Shown here piece after piece: positions 23,001 through 33,631 of a stretch of 64,000 nt of DNA. Both the position numbers and the translations under genes were made by a program. How positions within the stretch are numbered: position 1 is the first letter of the stretch; every line of letters starts with the position of its first letter. The stretch is from Dudresnaya verticillata. Lineage: Eukaryota. The notes beneath the pieces were generated by a model. That model saw only the letters and a list, made by a program, of their open reading frames with translations, was not told the DNA's origin and did not search any database. The DNA lies in contig OZ374562.1 in NCBI GenBank assembly GCA_977862235.1, positions 1,860,001 to 1,924,000 of the forward strand. The letters run 5' to 3'.

Positions 23001-25548
23001 TATACCTTTGAGGTAGATAGCTCAGTGAGTTCATGTTCCAAGTTTGGCATCGGGTACTGATGCTTCATGGTGAACTTATTGACTGGGCGTAAGTCAACAG
23101 TAAAACGATATCTCGCAGGACCAGGTTTGGGAACCAACAAAGGTGCACATGCCCATGCGGATGTAGGGTTCGGATAGGCCAATCCATGCCGGACGAGCTC
23201 CGCCACAAATTTTGCAAGGAACGAACGCTGCTCCTGAGAGTAATTTCTTAAGCGAACCTTGACAGGTCGCGCGTCAGGCGTAAGTTCAACCTTGAGTGGA
23301 GGAAGCCGTGCAGGTTCACCTGAAGAGAAACCAGTGCGGAAGATATTTTTGTATTCGTCCACAATCTTGCACAGTGTCTCCTTTGAGGTTGTAGGAAGTC
23401 CTGCGTCAAAGGCGGCTTTTTTCATGACCTGGATGGCATCTTCAATATTACCATGCTGGTCACTGTCCACTGGGTCTAACAACGAGGGGTCAGGAAAAGG
23501 ATCCTCCTCGTTCCTTGCCTGGAAGTAACGCACGCGAGGGCGTTCCACGAGTGGTTCATCCTGAGTACCTGTGGTGGTCGATGTACCATTTTCAGTCACT
23601 CGGTTAAGTCTCGAGATCATCATCCTGCTCACAGCACCTTTTTGATTTTCCCTTGTGAGGTTACCAATGCTGGAGCAGTCTGCACCATACAATTCAGAAC
23701 GGTTGTATTCCAATAAGGTTCTGGTGTCGACCTGCAAATGCTGCAGTACCGGTAAACCAATGAGGAGGTCCTCACACGTAAGATCCTCATCAGCAACTAA
23801 GTAAGTTACGTTCAAGAGAGCAAGTTGTCCCGAAGACAAATGAAGTACTGTCCTCGGAGGTGTCCATGATCGGGAGAAGGAGAACTGCTGAGATTCGTCT
23901 CCAGCTTTGAGAGCAACTCTCAACTTAATAGGTTTGATGGCTGTCATCCTACCAATTCCTTGGAGAACTTCTTTTTCAGCAACTTTTCGGGATTCGAGAC
24001 TGTCGTCACTACCATCGTCGCTACGACCAGTAGCGGTAAGCGCTACGGTACCATCCGATAAGGTAATCTTGCAGGAAGGACGCTCCAAAGAGTGTTCGAC
24101 TGCAGGGAGATACGTTTTAGTACCAACTCGCCCGAAGTCCTCGGTTTAGAACCAATAGGTGAGGAAGTAGACTTTGAACTTGTTGAAGTAGAACCAGTCC
24201 GGCTACGGGTAGACCGAGATGGACCGTCGCGAAGTTTAGCGGCTTTAAGGTCTTCGTACATCTTCGATTTTCCCTCGTAGGTTGCTTCTGGGCAATGCTT
24301 GATAAAGTGCTTCAGCCCTTTTGCACGACAGGGACCAAATGGGCAAGGTGGTAACTCGCGTTGAGGTTTGGTACCTGTTGAGGTTGACGTTATTTCCGTA
24401 AAGGTATGCGTGCTAGAGTTGTTTCCTGAACGGTATGACTTGTTAAGTTTCTGGTCCTTTGAATTAGCCTTTGGACCTTGGTCAACCAACTGGAAGGCAT
24501 CTGAAACCTTAAGGGTATGCTTCATGAAGCCTTTGAAATCCTTTTTGAGGCCATGCTGGGCGAAGTTCAGGTCAGATTGTAACCGATTCCGGAGATTTAC
24601 CGGACGGATAGCCGATAGACGTGTGCCACAGCGACCTTATGGTTACTTTGAAGTAGCCAAGTAAGACCATTGCGTCTTAGGATAGCATGTTAGGCGACAA
24701 AGAGTGCCTCCATGCGAGAACGAGAGTTTTTGTCACTCATGTCCATGCGGAGTTCGCGTTCCACAGTAGAGTCGATTGCCTCAAGGGTGACAGCTTCTGG
24801 TGCTTCTTTAGCCTTCTCATCGAGATGATTTCGAAGTACCGTGTCGGCTAATGCCTCGTAGGTATCAACCCCTTCAATGAACTCAAGGGCGATTGCGGAC
24901 TCAAGATATTCCGGGTCAACACAAAACTTTAAGTTGACCGGTCGGACAGCTTCTGAAGAGGTAGACCCAGCAGTGGTAAGTTGCAATGCACGGGCCTGAA
25001 CCTCATGGGTGTACTGATCGTACAGTTTGAGAAACACCCTGATGGACTCCGCATCGGTTTTGTGAAGCCTAGGGTGGTCAACGGATGTTGCGACGAACGC
25101 GCCTTGCGTCCTGATAGCCGGCTCGGAATGACCTGACATGGTTCTTTTCCTTGACCTTCGATGGTAGCCGGTTGTTTTTTAGCAACGGTTGAGGGTGACC
25201 GAAACTCCTCGGTTACAAAGTAGAACACAGCTTGTGTGTAGCTGTAGCCGCAAGTCCCGTCAGTGATCACTGCGACAGGCTTACGATTTTGTAGCCTGGG
25301 GAAACTTTGTTTTTTGGGGTTGTGTTGTTCTGATGTTTCGGCGCCTCTCTAAGGAGGGCTTCTCTAGAGAAACCACTTGGTTATATACTAACTCATGGAG
25401 CAAAACTACTAGTGCATAGTACAGTAAACAAGAGGTATGTAAGATAAAGTATGTAAGTCCTACGCATAGGAACCTACATGGTAGAATCACAAGAGCCACC
25501 AGCAGAACCGTGCCGGTAGAAACCTACCAGGTATTCCATCCTGGTACA
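20089..25548 (-). mobile_element. Full-length chromodomain-bearing Gypsy LTR retrotransposon
   Basis: 278-bp LTRs at 20089-20366 and 25271-25548 (~5 mismatches seen). TSD CCATC. PPT AAAAGAGGGGAG next to the 3' LTR. Confidence 0.96.
20377..25139 (-). pseudogene. Gypsy gag-pol (gag, protease, RT, RNase H, integrase, chromodomain), frameshifted into several ORFs
   Basis: DDGSDDS protease-like motif, RFTVDLRPVN, FDFSHGYWQ, WLDD, YTDASD, FDYIELG, SDGPTHF, NGAVER and VRWKG. Confidence 0.93.
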
Positions 25549-25563
25549 CCATCCAACCTTGAA

Positions 25564-26088
25564 ATGACCGGCAATAACGGTTCTTCCTTGCCATCTGTAT
25601 GCGCCACCCGCCCAGAGCTGAGGCAAGGCAGTCATGACTCTGACTCCATCCGCCAGCTCCAAGAGATGCTGAACCAGTATGGAGGTGCCCACCTGACTGT
25701 GGACGGAGCGTTTGGTCGCCAAACTGAAAATACTGTGAAAGATTACCAGAGTCAGGATGGGCTGCGTTGCGATGGCATCGTCGGAAACTTCACTTGGTCT
25801 TCCTTGTGTATCAAGTGCGGTGATAGTGGTTCCGGTTTCGGTGGTGGATCCGGTACCTTAAGCGTGTGCTCTACTCGCCCTACCTTGATGAACGGTTCTC
25901 ATGATAAGGAGTCTGTTTGCCAACTGCAGGAAATGCTTAACAAGTGCGGAGGTGCCCACCTGACTGTGGACGGAGCGTTTGGTCGCCAAACTGAAAATGC
26001 TGTGAAAGATTACCAGACTCAGGATGGGCTGCGTTGCGATGGCATCGTCGGAAACTTCACTTGGTCTTCCTTGTGTAGCAAGTGCTAA
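25564..26088 (+). CDS. 174-aa protein of two tandem peptidoglycan-binding (PG_binding_1-like) domains
   Basis: Two copies of L..GS....(I/V).QLQEMLN..G..L.VDG.FG.QTE..VKDYQ...GL..DGIVG..TW..L joined by a Gly/Ser linker. Intact reading frame. Confidence 0.9.
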   Translation: MTGNNGSSLPSVCATRPELRQGSHDSDSIRQLQEMLNQYGGAHLTVDGAFGRQTENTVKDYQSQDGLRCDGIVGNFTWSSLCIKCGDSGSGFGGGSGTLSVCSTRPTLMNGSHDKESVCQLQEMLNKCGGAHLTVDGAFGRQTENAVKDYQTQDGLRCDGIVGNFTWSSLCSKC

Positions 26089-26549
26089 TATCCAAGGGCT
26101 TGGAGCCAGTCTATCGAAAGCGGGTAGGATGCGATCGAAGGTGGCTCTCTTGTATAGCAAGGGAGGAGTCAACTGAGTATTGCTCCTTTAAAGATCATCA
26201 GCTGAGGAACGTAGCATTCTCATGTGCTTGAAATGCTAGCGATAGTAAACTTTACTGGACTGCTTAGAGCTTTACGGCGGAAAGGAAGGGACCCGAACCT
26301 GCCCGTGTGGAGATACGTCTAATCGCCCATGTATTTTCTTATGCCGCTAGGTATCCCCGTCTTTCAGTATACCGATATGATGCTGTGCACGTTATCTTGC
26401 CAATGGAGAATGGAAATCCATCGGCCCGAACAGCACACCGCAGCTTTCCTCTCTCTTTGTCTTGCGTATTCTGCATCGCTGATTTCTTCACAGGAGGAAT
26501 GCTTTCAGAGATTCCTTGCCGTGCTTGACGCTTAGTCATAATAAAGTCG

Positions 26550-27485
26550 TGATATCATCAACAGCACCCACGTTGAGCTTCTCAAGCCATGACTCGAGCT
26601 GGTGGCCGTCATGTTGTTGTCTCCATGGAATTGTTGTGGCACTTTGAGTGTATTTTCGAGGGTACAGGTCAAAGTTCCTTTTGGACCCTCCCAAAAGAGC
26701 TGGAAGCCCACTGCGACCGCAGATTAGATCTGTGCTGGCATCAAAACATTCCCGGGTCTCCCAAACGCCCTTTTTGACGTTTGCCTCATCAGAGAAACAT
26801 CATCACCAAAGAATGCAATCGTTTTTCGTACTTATCTTTGGAGATGTGATGTTATTCTTTAATGTTGTCTATAGTGGTCGTATGCGGGCAGGTTCGGTCT
26901 ATGTGCAGGTGCATTTTTAAGCGCCGCATGTCCCGTTTCCAGACACGAGCTCTCCGATAATATCACCTTGCGTGCGAAACTCACTTATAACTCATCCAAG
27001 AGACCAGACAAGAAAATCCGAATCAGCCCCGAGTCTTCAAGCCTGTGACCGGCGGCTGCGAACTGATTGTTTGTTTCACGCCAACCATTTTGTTTCCAAA
27101 GTCTCTGATCGTTTCCTGGGGCTTCACTTTCAGGCCTTTCAACTCGGCTAACAGAATATCGACATGAGCATCAAATTGGTGCTGACTGCAAACCCTAGTC
27201 GTTTCCAGGCCATCGACGGGTCCCATTCACTGACTATCGGTGCTACAACGGAAATCTTCGATCGTAAGAATGATCAACATAAGCGTTTCGTCTCTTCTTT
27301 CGTAAATATTTCCTTCATCTTATCGTTTGCATCGGATTCAAGTTCCTTTTCGTCCCCAGTTACTATTCTCCATATCGTCCTGTATTTCAAGTAGAGCTCA
27401 AGTTTTATAGACCACACAGTCGTTTTTTCCCGTCAGAACAGACACATGCAGGAAAAAAGAGACTCCTGATTTCAGGATGTTCATG
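26550..27485 (-). pseudogene. Degraded Copia gag remnant
   Basis: Fragments LTGK..WSIKLELYLKYRTIWRIVTG, LLAELKGLKVKPQETIRDF and a degenerate knuckle CLETGHAA. Many frameshifts. Confidence 0.6.
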
Positions 27486-27952
27486 ATATCGATACGCGTA
27501 GACTACTCTCTAGCTTCGCACGAACACGCACCGGCGGGACTTGACACGCATTGTTTGTGGAGTTTTTCCTCCCTCTTCTGGGTGAAGTGTAGTTAAAGAT
27601 TATAATGGAACCAGAGCGAAGCTTTGTTCAAAGCCAAGAAGTGGCTGGAGTCCCGCAAGTGGGGACTAATCAGAACTGCTGACCTGCCATAATAGAAGAA
27701 AGGTTTCGTCGGCAGCCGCCCCTGTGTGTCTTGTCCATATTACCTGTCAGGATATAAATCCTGTGTGATCGCTCCGTACTGTCAACGGATGCCAGCGCAA
27801 GTGGTTCAATGGTATTTTTGCTTTTGAGATTACCAGTAGAGAGAAGGGGGGACTTTATTGAGGCGGTAAAGGGGTTGCTGCAAGTCAGGCTGTCAGAAAC
27901 AATAGTGGGACATGACAAGGGGTTGGTTGATCTCGAAATAAATGCAAAGCGA

Positions 27953-28102
27953 TCAATCATTGGACCGCACCGCTGCAATAACTGCAATCGCCCAATGAGA
28001 AATTTACGGACTGAAATCATTGCATCGATTGGATGCAGCTGCGCCTTTGCGTTCAGGGGTGACACCCGCCCCAGCGCCACGCTTTGCGTATCTGGGACAG
28101 TT
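27953..28102 (-). repeat. Inverted copy of the 19215-19382 repeat
   Basis: The reverse complement aligns with 19215-19382 apart from short indels. Confidence 0.85.
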
Positions 28103-28355
28103 AAATATCCTATCTGCGATATGTGATATGGAATCCCGGCGCACCGCTCTCGCTTAATACACACTCCCAGAGTCGAAGTGATCGCTCCAGTTCTTACCCT
28201 TTTGAACTACTGTACTGTACTACATGTACTATGGCCATGCAGACAGAGTAAGGTGCAATCGTGGCGTTGCGTTTTATTCGCAGCTGAGAATGGCCATGAT
28301 AGCGACCCAGGCATTGGTAGTGCGGCTGGATGGACAATCATATTTTTGTCTAGTA

Positions 28356-28620
28356 CAGTGGGCGCGCGATAAGAGCATATTTGGGGTGGCATACTTTACC
28401 ATCCACTTAGCGAATATATGCATTAGGCGAGCGGGCCAATCAGAGGCCAGAACATTGCCTTTGCTCCTAATTATAGAAGGAAGTTATCTTGGTCTGCGAA
28501 AGGCCCTCAGCTTCTGCCCTTTTCAACTGGCGCTGCAACGACTGCAGCCGAATGCTCACCTGCTGATCGCCAACGTCTTCCTGCTCGAGAAGGTGCCGGT
28601 GGCCTGCTTGATGGCGAAAT
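28356..28620 (-). mobile_element. pogo/Tigger-like transposon 3' end remnant
   Basis: TA-CAGTGGGCGCGCGATAAG terminus-like sequence. The minus-strand peptide ends ...QTKITSFYN*, typical of pogo transposase C-termini. Confidence 0.45.
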
Positions 28621-28789
28621 CCGTCGCCGGCGGTTTGGGTGGGAAAAAGATTGTACTGCTTGACTCCATGTTGGGGTTGCCGCTTGTGCTGAACTTTTCC
28701 CGGCAATATTCACTTAATGCAAATTCTTTCAAATTATTTCCATCATACAAAGGGGTTCTAGCCGGGCCAAGTATGATAGCAAACTCTTA

Positions 28790-29143
28790 GGGCATGCAGT
28801 TATCCATTATTCTGCATGTCCTCATACGCTGGCTGATATCGCAGGAACCATTCTGGTGGACTGAATTTGGATCCAGTTAACGCACATATTCTGTTACCGG
28901 ACATCCCCTTATCGCACGCCCACTGTATTTATCTGAACCTCGAATGATCAAGGCATTGCCTAATCAACTTCGGCGCATTTTATACGTGGATAATTGCTCT
29001 GGGCATATTGAAAGCGATGCACTGTTGTGGTTCATGATGCTCTCGGAAACATCAATACAGAGCTTCACAAGTTTCCTGCCAACTCTACAGATAGTGTTGC
29101 GCCTGCGGCTCAATTCATGATATCCAAGATTAAGGACGCGTAC
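28790..29143 (+). pseudogene. pogo-type DDE_1 transposase relic, 5' part (interrupted by the Gypsy at 29144)
   Basis: RILYVDNCSGH...FPANSTDSVAPAAQFMISKIKDAY. The frame continues at 45867. Confidence 0.75.
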
Positions 29144-29641
29144 TGTGGAACCACACTGCAAATGCTTTTCGGGAGTCCTTTCCGCGAACCCCTTTTGGCG
29201 CGAAGGTCGGCTGACCGAAAGAGCAGCCCCGGAGAGTGTGACCAAGACAGGTGACAGACTGTCTCGGAGAAAACCTCGCGCTGGCCCGATTCAGGTTCCA
29301 GCACCAAAACGGAGGCGAGGGTCGAGTCGGGCCGGGAATGCGGAGAGGGACCAAAACACAGTAAAGGCAGCGTCTGAGAAAAACCTTGATCGTGAGAGAC
29401 GAAGAGGGTAGACGACCTAGCCAAAGAACGTACCATTTCCACTTTATCCTCTCTCCCTTGGCGAGCCCGGTGAGCAACAAGCGCTCCCCTACGAACGACT
29501 AGCGCCTGCGGCGCTACGGCGCTACTGATCCGCTGCCACACTGTCTTGACGGTATCGAGCCCCTTACGGATCTGCTGAGTGTCACAGTAATTACTTTCGC
29601 GAGAAGCTTAGCGGTCTTGTGGAGGAGTTCGATCAAGCAAG

Positions 29642-30783
29642 ATGGTAAATACCCGGCAGGGTGTTGGAGGAAGTAGTCAGGATACTACAGTGAAGCAGAC
29701 AATTGTTGAGACCTTGGAAGCCCCGAGGCTTACCGGTATCGACACAGTCGACTTCGCAAAGTTAAAGCAAAGGCGAGAAATATACGTGCGCCGCGTGTCT
29801 GAGAAGAGCTCTCAGCAGGGATCAGCTATGCCGCTGACTGCTTTGCGCAATTCTATTGACAAAGCGGTACTGCAGATGTTTGTAACGGCGCAGTGGGTTC
29901 CGGTAGATGATGTGGAAGAGATAACAGAGGACGATCTAGTCGAGTGTGTGGATCAACGTGCGGCGATCCAGCCTGAGGATTATGACCTCGCGCAGATCGA
30001 GCGCGGGATCAGCCACGTCAAGATGGAGAAGGGCAAAAGCCTGGAGATGCAGGTCTGGAAGCTTGCTTTGAGCTATTGCAAGACTCTCAACAATCTCGGC
30101 TACTCCTCCTTTGTGGAGCAGCAGCCTACGTTGTCGGTTCAACACATCTTCAAGCGTGTCACCCATGACGCATTGCACACCAGAATGAAGCTGACGTATC
30201 GTTTGCGGAAAGACGAATTGAAGAAAAACTTCAACCTCTTCATGCGCGAGCTGGCCAAAGAGGCTAAGGCTATGGACCGCCATGAGTCCATAGCTAAGGC
30301 CGTTACAGTACCGACGGGGGGAAATTTATCAGATGAGGATGCGATAAACCCCGACCAGTCCCGTAACAAGCGTGCATCAAAGAAGAATGTGAAGGGAAAA
30401 CAAGCTCTGATACAGGACGTGCGTCCGGGTCCAACTCAAAGGAGAAAATGGGAGCTGGTAGTGGTACTTCTGGCGGCTTCAGATCCTCTGGAAAAAATTG
30501 TGACTCCCAAGAAGGTACTGGCTTCCAAGCGTGTCCTCCCAGGCCTCGCGAATGCGGTTTCCTATTTTCAGAGCACAGTTGAGCCACTGTTCCGCGAGTT
30601 GCGAAGCAATATGAAGGCGTGGCTTGACGACTTCAATCTACATGCGAAGTCAGAAGCAGAGCTACTTCGTCTGCTCGAGAAATTCTTCAAGATATGTGCA
30701 GAGGCAAACCTTTTCCTCTCAGCAGTCAAGAGCACGTTCTACGCACCCCAAATCAAATGGTGTGGTCGGGTTGTGGATGCGAA
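29642..30783 (+). pseudogene. Outer Gypsy gag fused to a partial RT (protease and RT N-terminus deleted)
   Basis: Gag-like region runs directly into RVLPGLANAVSYFQ..WLDDF..IKWCGRVVDA. Interrupted by the LTR at 30784. Confidence 0.85.
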
Positions 30784-31472
30784 TGTAGTGCACTGGCACT
30801 CGCCCCATTCGCCTGATCCAATTCCGGATCCTTTGCCTTACAGGCGCGCTTTACAGGCGCATCGTTGCCGACTGACTGACAGCACAGTCTACAGTAAGCA
30901 CGAGCAGGCCCATTCAGCTCTCCACTCTAGATCTAGCTCTAGCGCTTACAGCCTACAGTAGTGTAAGTGCGTCTGCCGGCGCCGCCGCGCCGGCGGCGGT
31001 AGTACTTAGCCACCTAGGGCTGCACATCTGGTAAACGGAGGGGCATCGACCCTCGGTCCTAACACTTCGGTGCCAAGCTTGGAGTCGCGCGGAACCCGAG
31101 TAGCCTCACGCCTAGGACATCGGTGCCGACCGAGTCCACGTGAACCTATCTGCTCGTGGACCTCCGTGAACGCAGATCGACACCCGTTTACCAGTTCTAC
31201 CGCGAGCTAGGTACGCTACCACTAACCTATCTATACTGTCCTTTGGGTCCCTGCACCCTATCCTTTGCAGGGTGGTCTCCCGCACCGCGCCCGGACTGCG
31301 CGGGTGGCCTTACAATCAGGCCTTGCTTGTCCCTCCATCGGGACCTGTCTTTGGTGGATTGTGAGTGCTCCACACTTATTTGGTCTCCCGACCTAGAACG
31401 GGTCGAACCGATCTTTGCTCAGACTGTAAGAGCTTAGCTTTGCGTGGATACACACGCCTTCAAACCCTTGCC

Positions 31473-33605
31473 ATGTCGGAAAGTGGCTCCCAACGCGAGC
31501 TTCGTGCTCCCCCGGGTGTGCCGCCTCCTGTAGCGGCTTGGGTACGCCGTGTCAAGAATGACACCCTCGTAGCGGCTCGTAACGCCGCAAGCGACCTGCT
31601 CGAGACGCGACTGGCTGCACAAGCCGAAGTCGTCTCGAGCCAGAGTCGTGACCAGCTTGATGGTCTTTCCAAGAAGCTGGAGGCCCAGTTCAGGGCCGAA
31701 CTTGAGAGCTCAGTACTCTCTTACCTTGGACCAGTCAAGGAGGACAACCGTCGACTCCTTGATGAGGTCAAGAACCTCAAGATGGGGATTGCTGCCATGG
31801 AAGCAGCTTCGCAGGCGAAACCTGGGGGTGAAAACCCCCCGGCTGCGCCTGTGCCACCTATCGTGGCGCCGGCTTTGCCGGCAGATGCGCTGTTGTCGTC
31901 AGTGACAACTGAAGCGCTACGTCAGGCGGGGATAGACGTCCCGCAGGGGGACACGCTTACGCGTGACACACCACCCGTGGTCTCAGCGACAGCCGCCAAA
32001 CCACCTGACAAAAGAGACGCAAAGTCTCCACCCCCACCCAGCGCCGGCCGCAAGGCCGACGGGGCGTGTGATCCGGATGAGGTTCCATCGTCATCTGACG
32101 ATTCAGATGGCGGGTCCAAACGCCGGAAGGATAGACGCGATAAGCGTCGACGACGGAAGGACCGTCGGAAGAAGGGTTCACCTTCATCATCTTCGTCGTC
32201 GTCCTCCGATGAGTGGAGCGACGACGAAGAGGAGGGGCAATTCCTCGTCCCTGACCCGACCTTGGGTCCTCGGCAGCATGGTTTGAGTCGGTGGAAGCCG
32301 ACCGATCATCGCTTCCACGCGGTTTTCAATTACCGCGTGTATAGGTTAGAGAGACGCAGCCAGAAGGTAACCAAAACGGTTATCCACGACACTCACAAAC
32401 GTGTCAAGATCTTGGAGGTTACCATGAAGGACCACAAGTTCTCGGGCAAGGACCCGATCAAGGTCATCAGCTTCTTAGCTCGATGCAAGCGGGACTTCGA
32501 CGCCGCGGACCTCTCGGAGGCAATGGCATTCGTCGCCCTGCCGTACATGTTGCTGAAACAAGCAAAGGAGGCTTATGAAGCCCAGGCAGGTCACTTCCGC
32601 CGAGGATATGGCCTTAGGAACTGGCCCGAAGCAGTCAACTGGTTGCTCAGGACGTACGCAACGAATGCGGCGATCCAGGAAGCAGTGCGCGAACTGCGGG
32701 AGGTCAAGCAGCTCCCTGGTGAGGCGGAGCAGGTATACGCCACCAGACTGGACAAAGCAGTCACGAATTGTGGTGATGTCCACTCACCTTACGAGGTCTC
32801 CACGATGTATATCGAGGGACTCGTACCGCAAATCAGGCCGTTGGTTCTCCAGGCCAGGGAGGATAACCCCCGGTTGAGCTATTATCAGCTCGTTGCCCAA
32901 GCCCGTTCGCGAGGCGAGGCACTTCGAGCCGCCTAAGGCTCCAAACCCATGAAGGGTGTTGCGTTCAAGCAACAAATGGCAAGGAAAGTCCTTGCCATTG
33001 AGTCGGATGAAGACCCGACGAGCCACTATGGCAGTACTCTGCGAACGCAGACACTTGCCGGCACGGTTGACTCCCGTGAGGAGGGATGTTTCCTCTTCGG
33101 TGGGGGTAGTGAAGCCAATTCATCGGCCAAGCCCCCCACTGATATTCCCTCCGACCGGGAAGACGACCCGCTCTTCTACCAAGAGCACAGGAGGCAGGGT
33201 AGGTACCCACCTCCGCAGCGACGCGAGCTGCATCGGCCGCCGGGGAGACCCGGTAGGCCAGGCGATAGGGCTGTCTTTGGTGACCCTCGCCTGCGTGGAC
33301 CCCATGTGCAGATCATCTGCCATGGTTGCTACGTGGCGGGGGATCACATCAGCCCAGATTGCAAGTTGCCTTTGGCAGACATTGCCCGAGTAGTTGTGAA
33401 CTACAACAAGTTGTCTGCTAAGGAAAAGGCCCGGGTGCCTGCTGACTCGTACATGAAGTCACTGGCACTGCTGAACTTCCAGGCCAATCAGTCCCTCAAA
33501 GGGGACGGGAGTGCCCAGGTGGGGCAAGCTCCCTCGGGGTTTCAGCACCCCAACCTGCATGCTGGTCAGACCCATGACCAAGTGAAGGCCGACCCAAAAA
33601 CCTAA
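31473..33605 (+). pseudogene. gag of the nested Gypsy (one in-frame TAA at 32934-32936)
   Basis: FSGKDPIKVISFL, a major-homology-like region VKQLPGEAEQVYATRL, and the knuckle CHGCYVAGDHISPDC. Both ORF pieces are in the same frame. Confidence 0.85.
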
Positions 33606-33630
33606 GGGTCCCTGGCGGTTTCGAGACCGC
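33593..33630 (+). promoter_or_regulatory. Predicted -1 ribosomal frameshift signal
   Basis: In-phase slippery heptamer C CCA AAA just before the gag stop, followed by the hairpin GCGGT-TTCGAG-ACCGC. The -1 frame is open into pol. Confidence 0.65.
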
Positions 33631-33631
33631 A

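Noticed and set aside
25510..25563. N-terminal extension MPVETYQVFHPGT on the PG-binding ORF
   Set aside because: Mostly LTR sequence; the same peptide appears at 20328. The likely start is ATG 25564.
30784..30961. C-terminal tail of ORF 29642-30961
   Set aside because: Read-through into the nested LTR; the same peptide appears at the 3' LTR (ORF 42364-42582).
32934..32936. Programmed stop read-through in gag
   Set aside because: A single copy cannot be distinguished from a nonsense mutation, and the element has other lesions.
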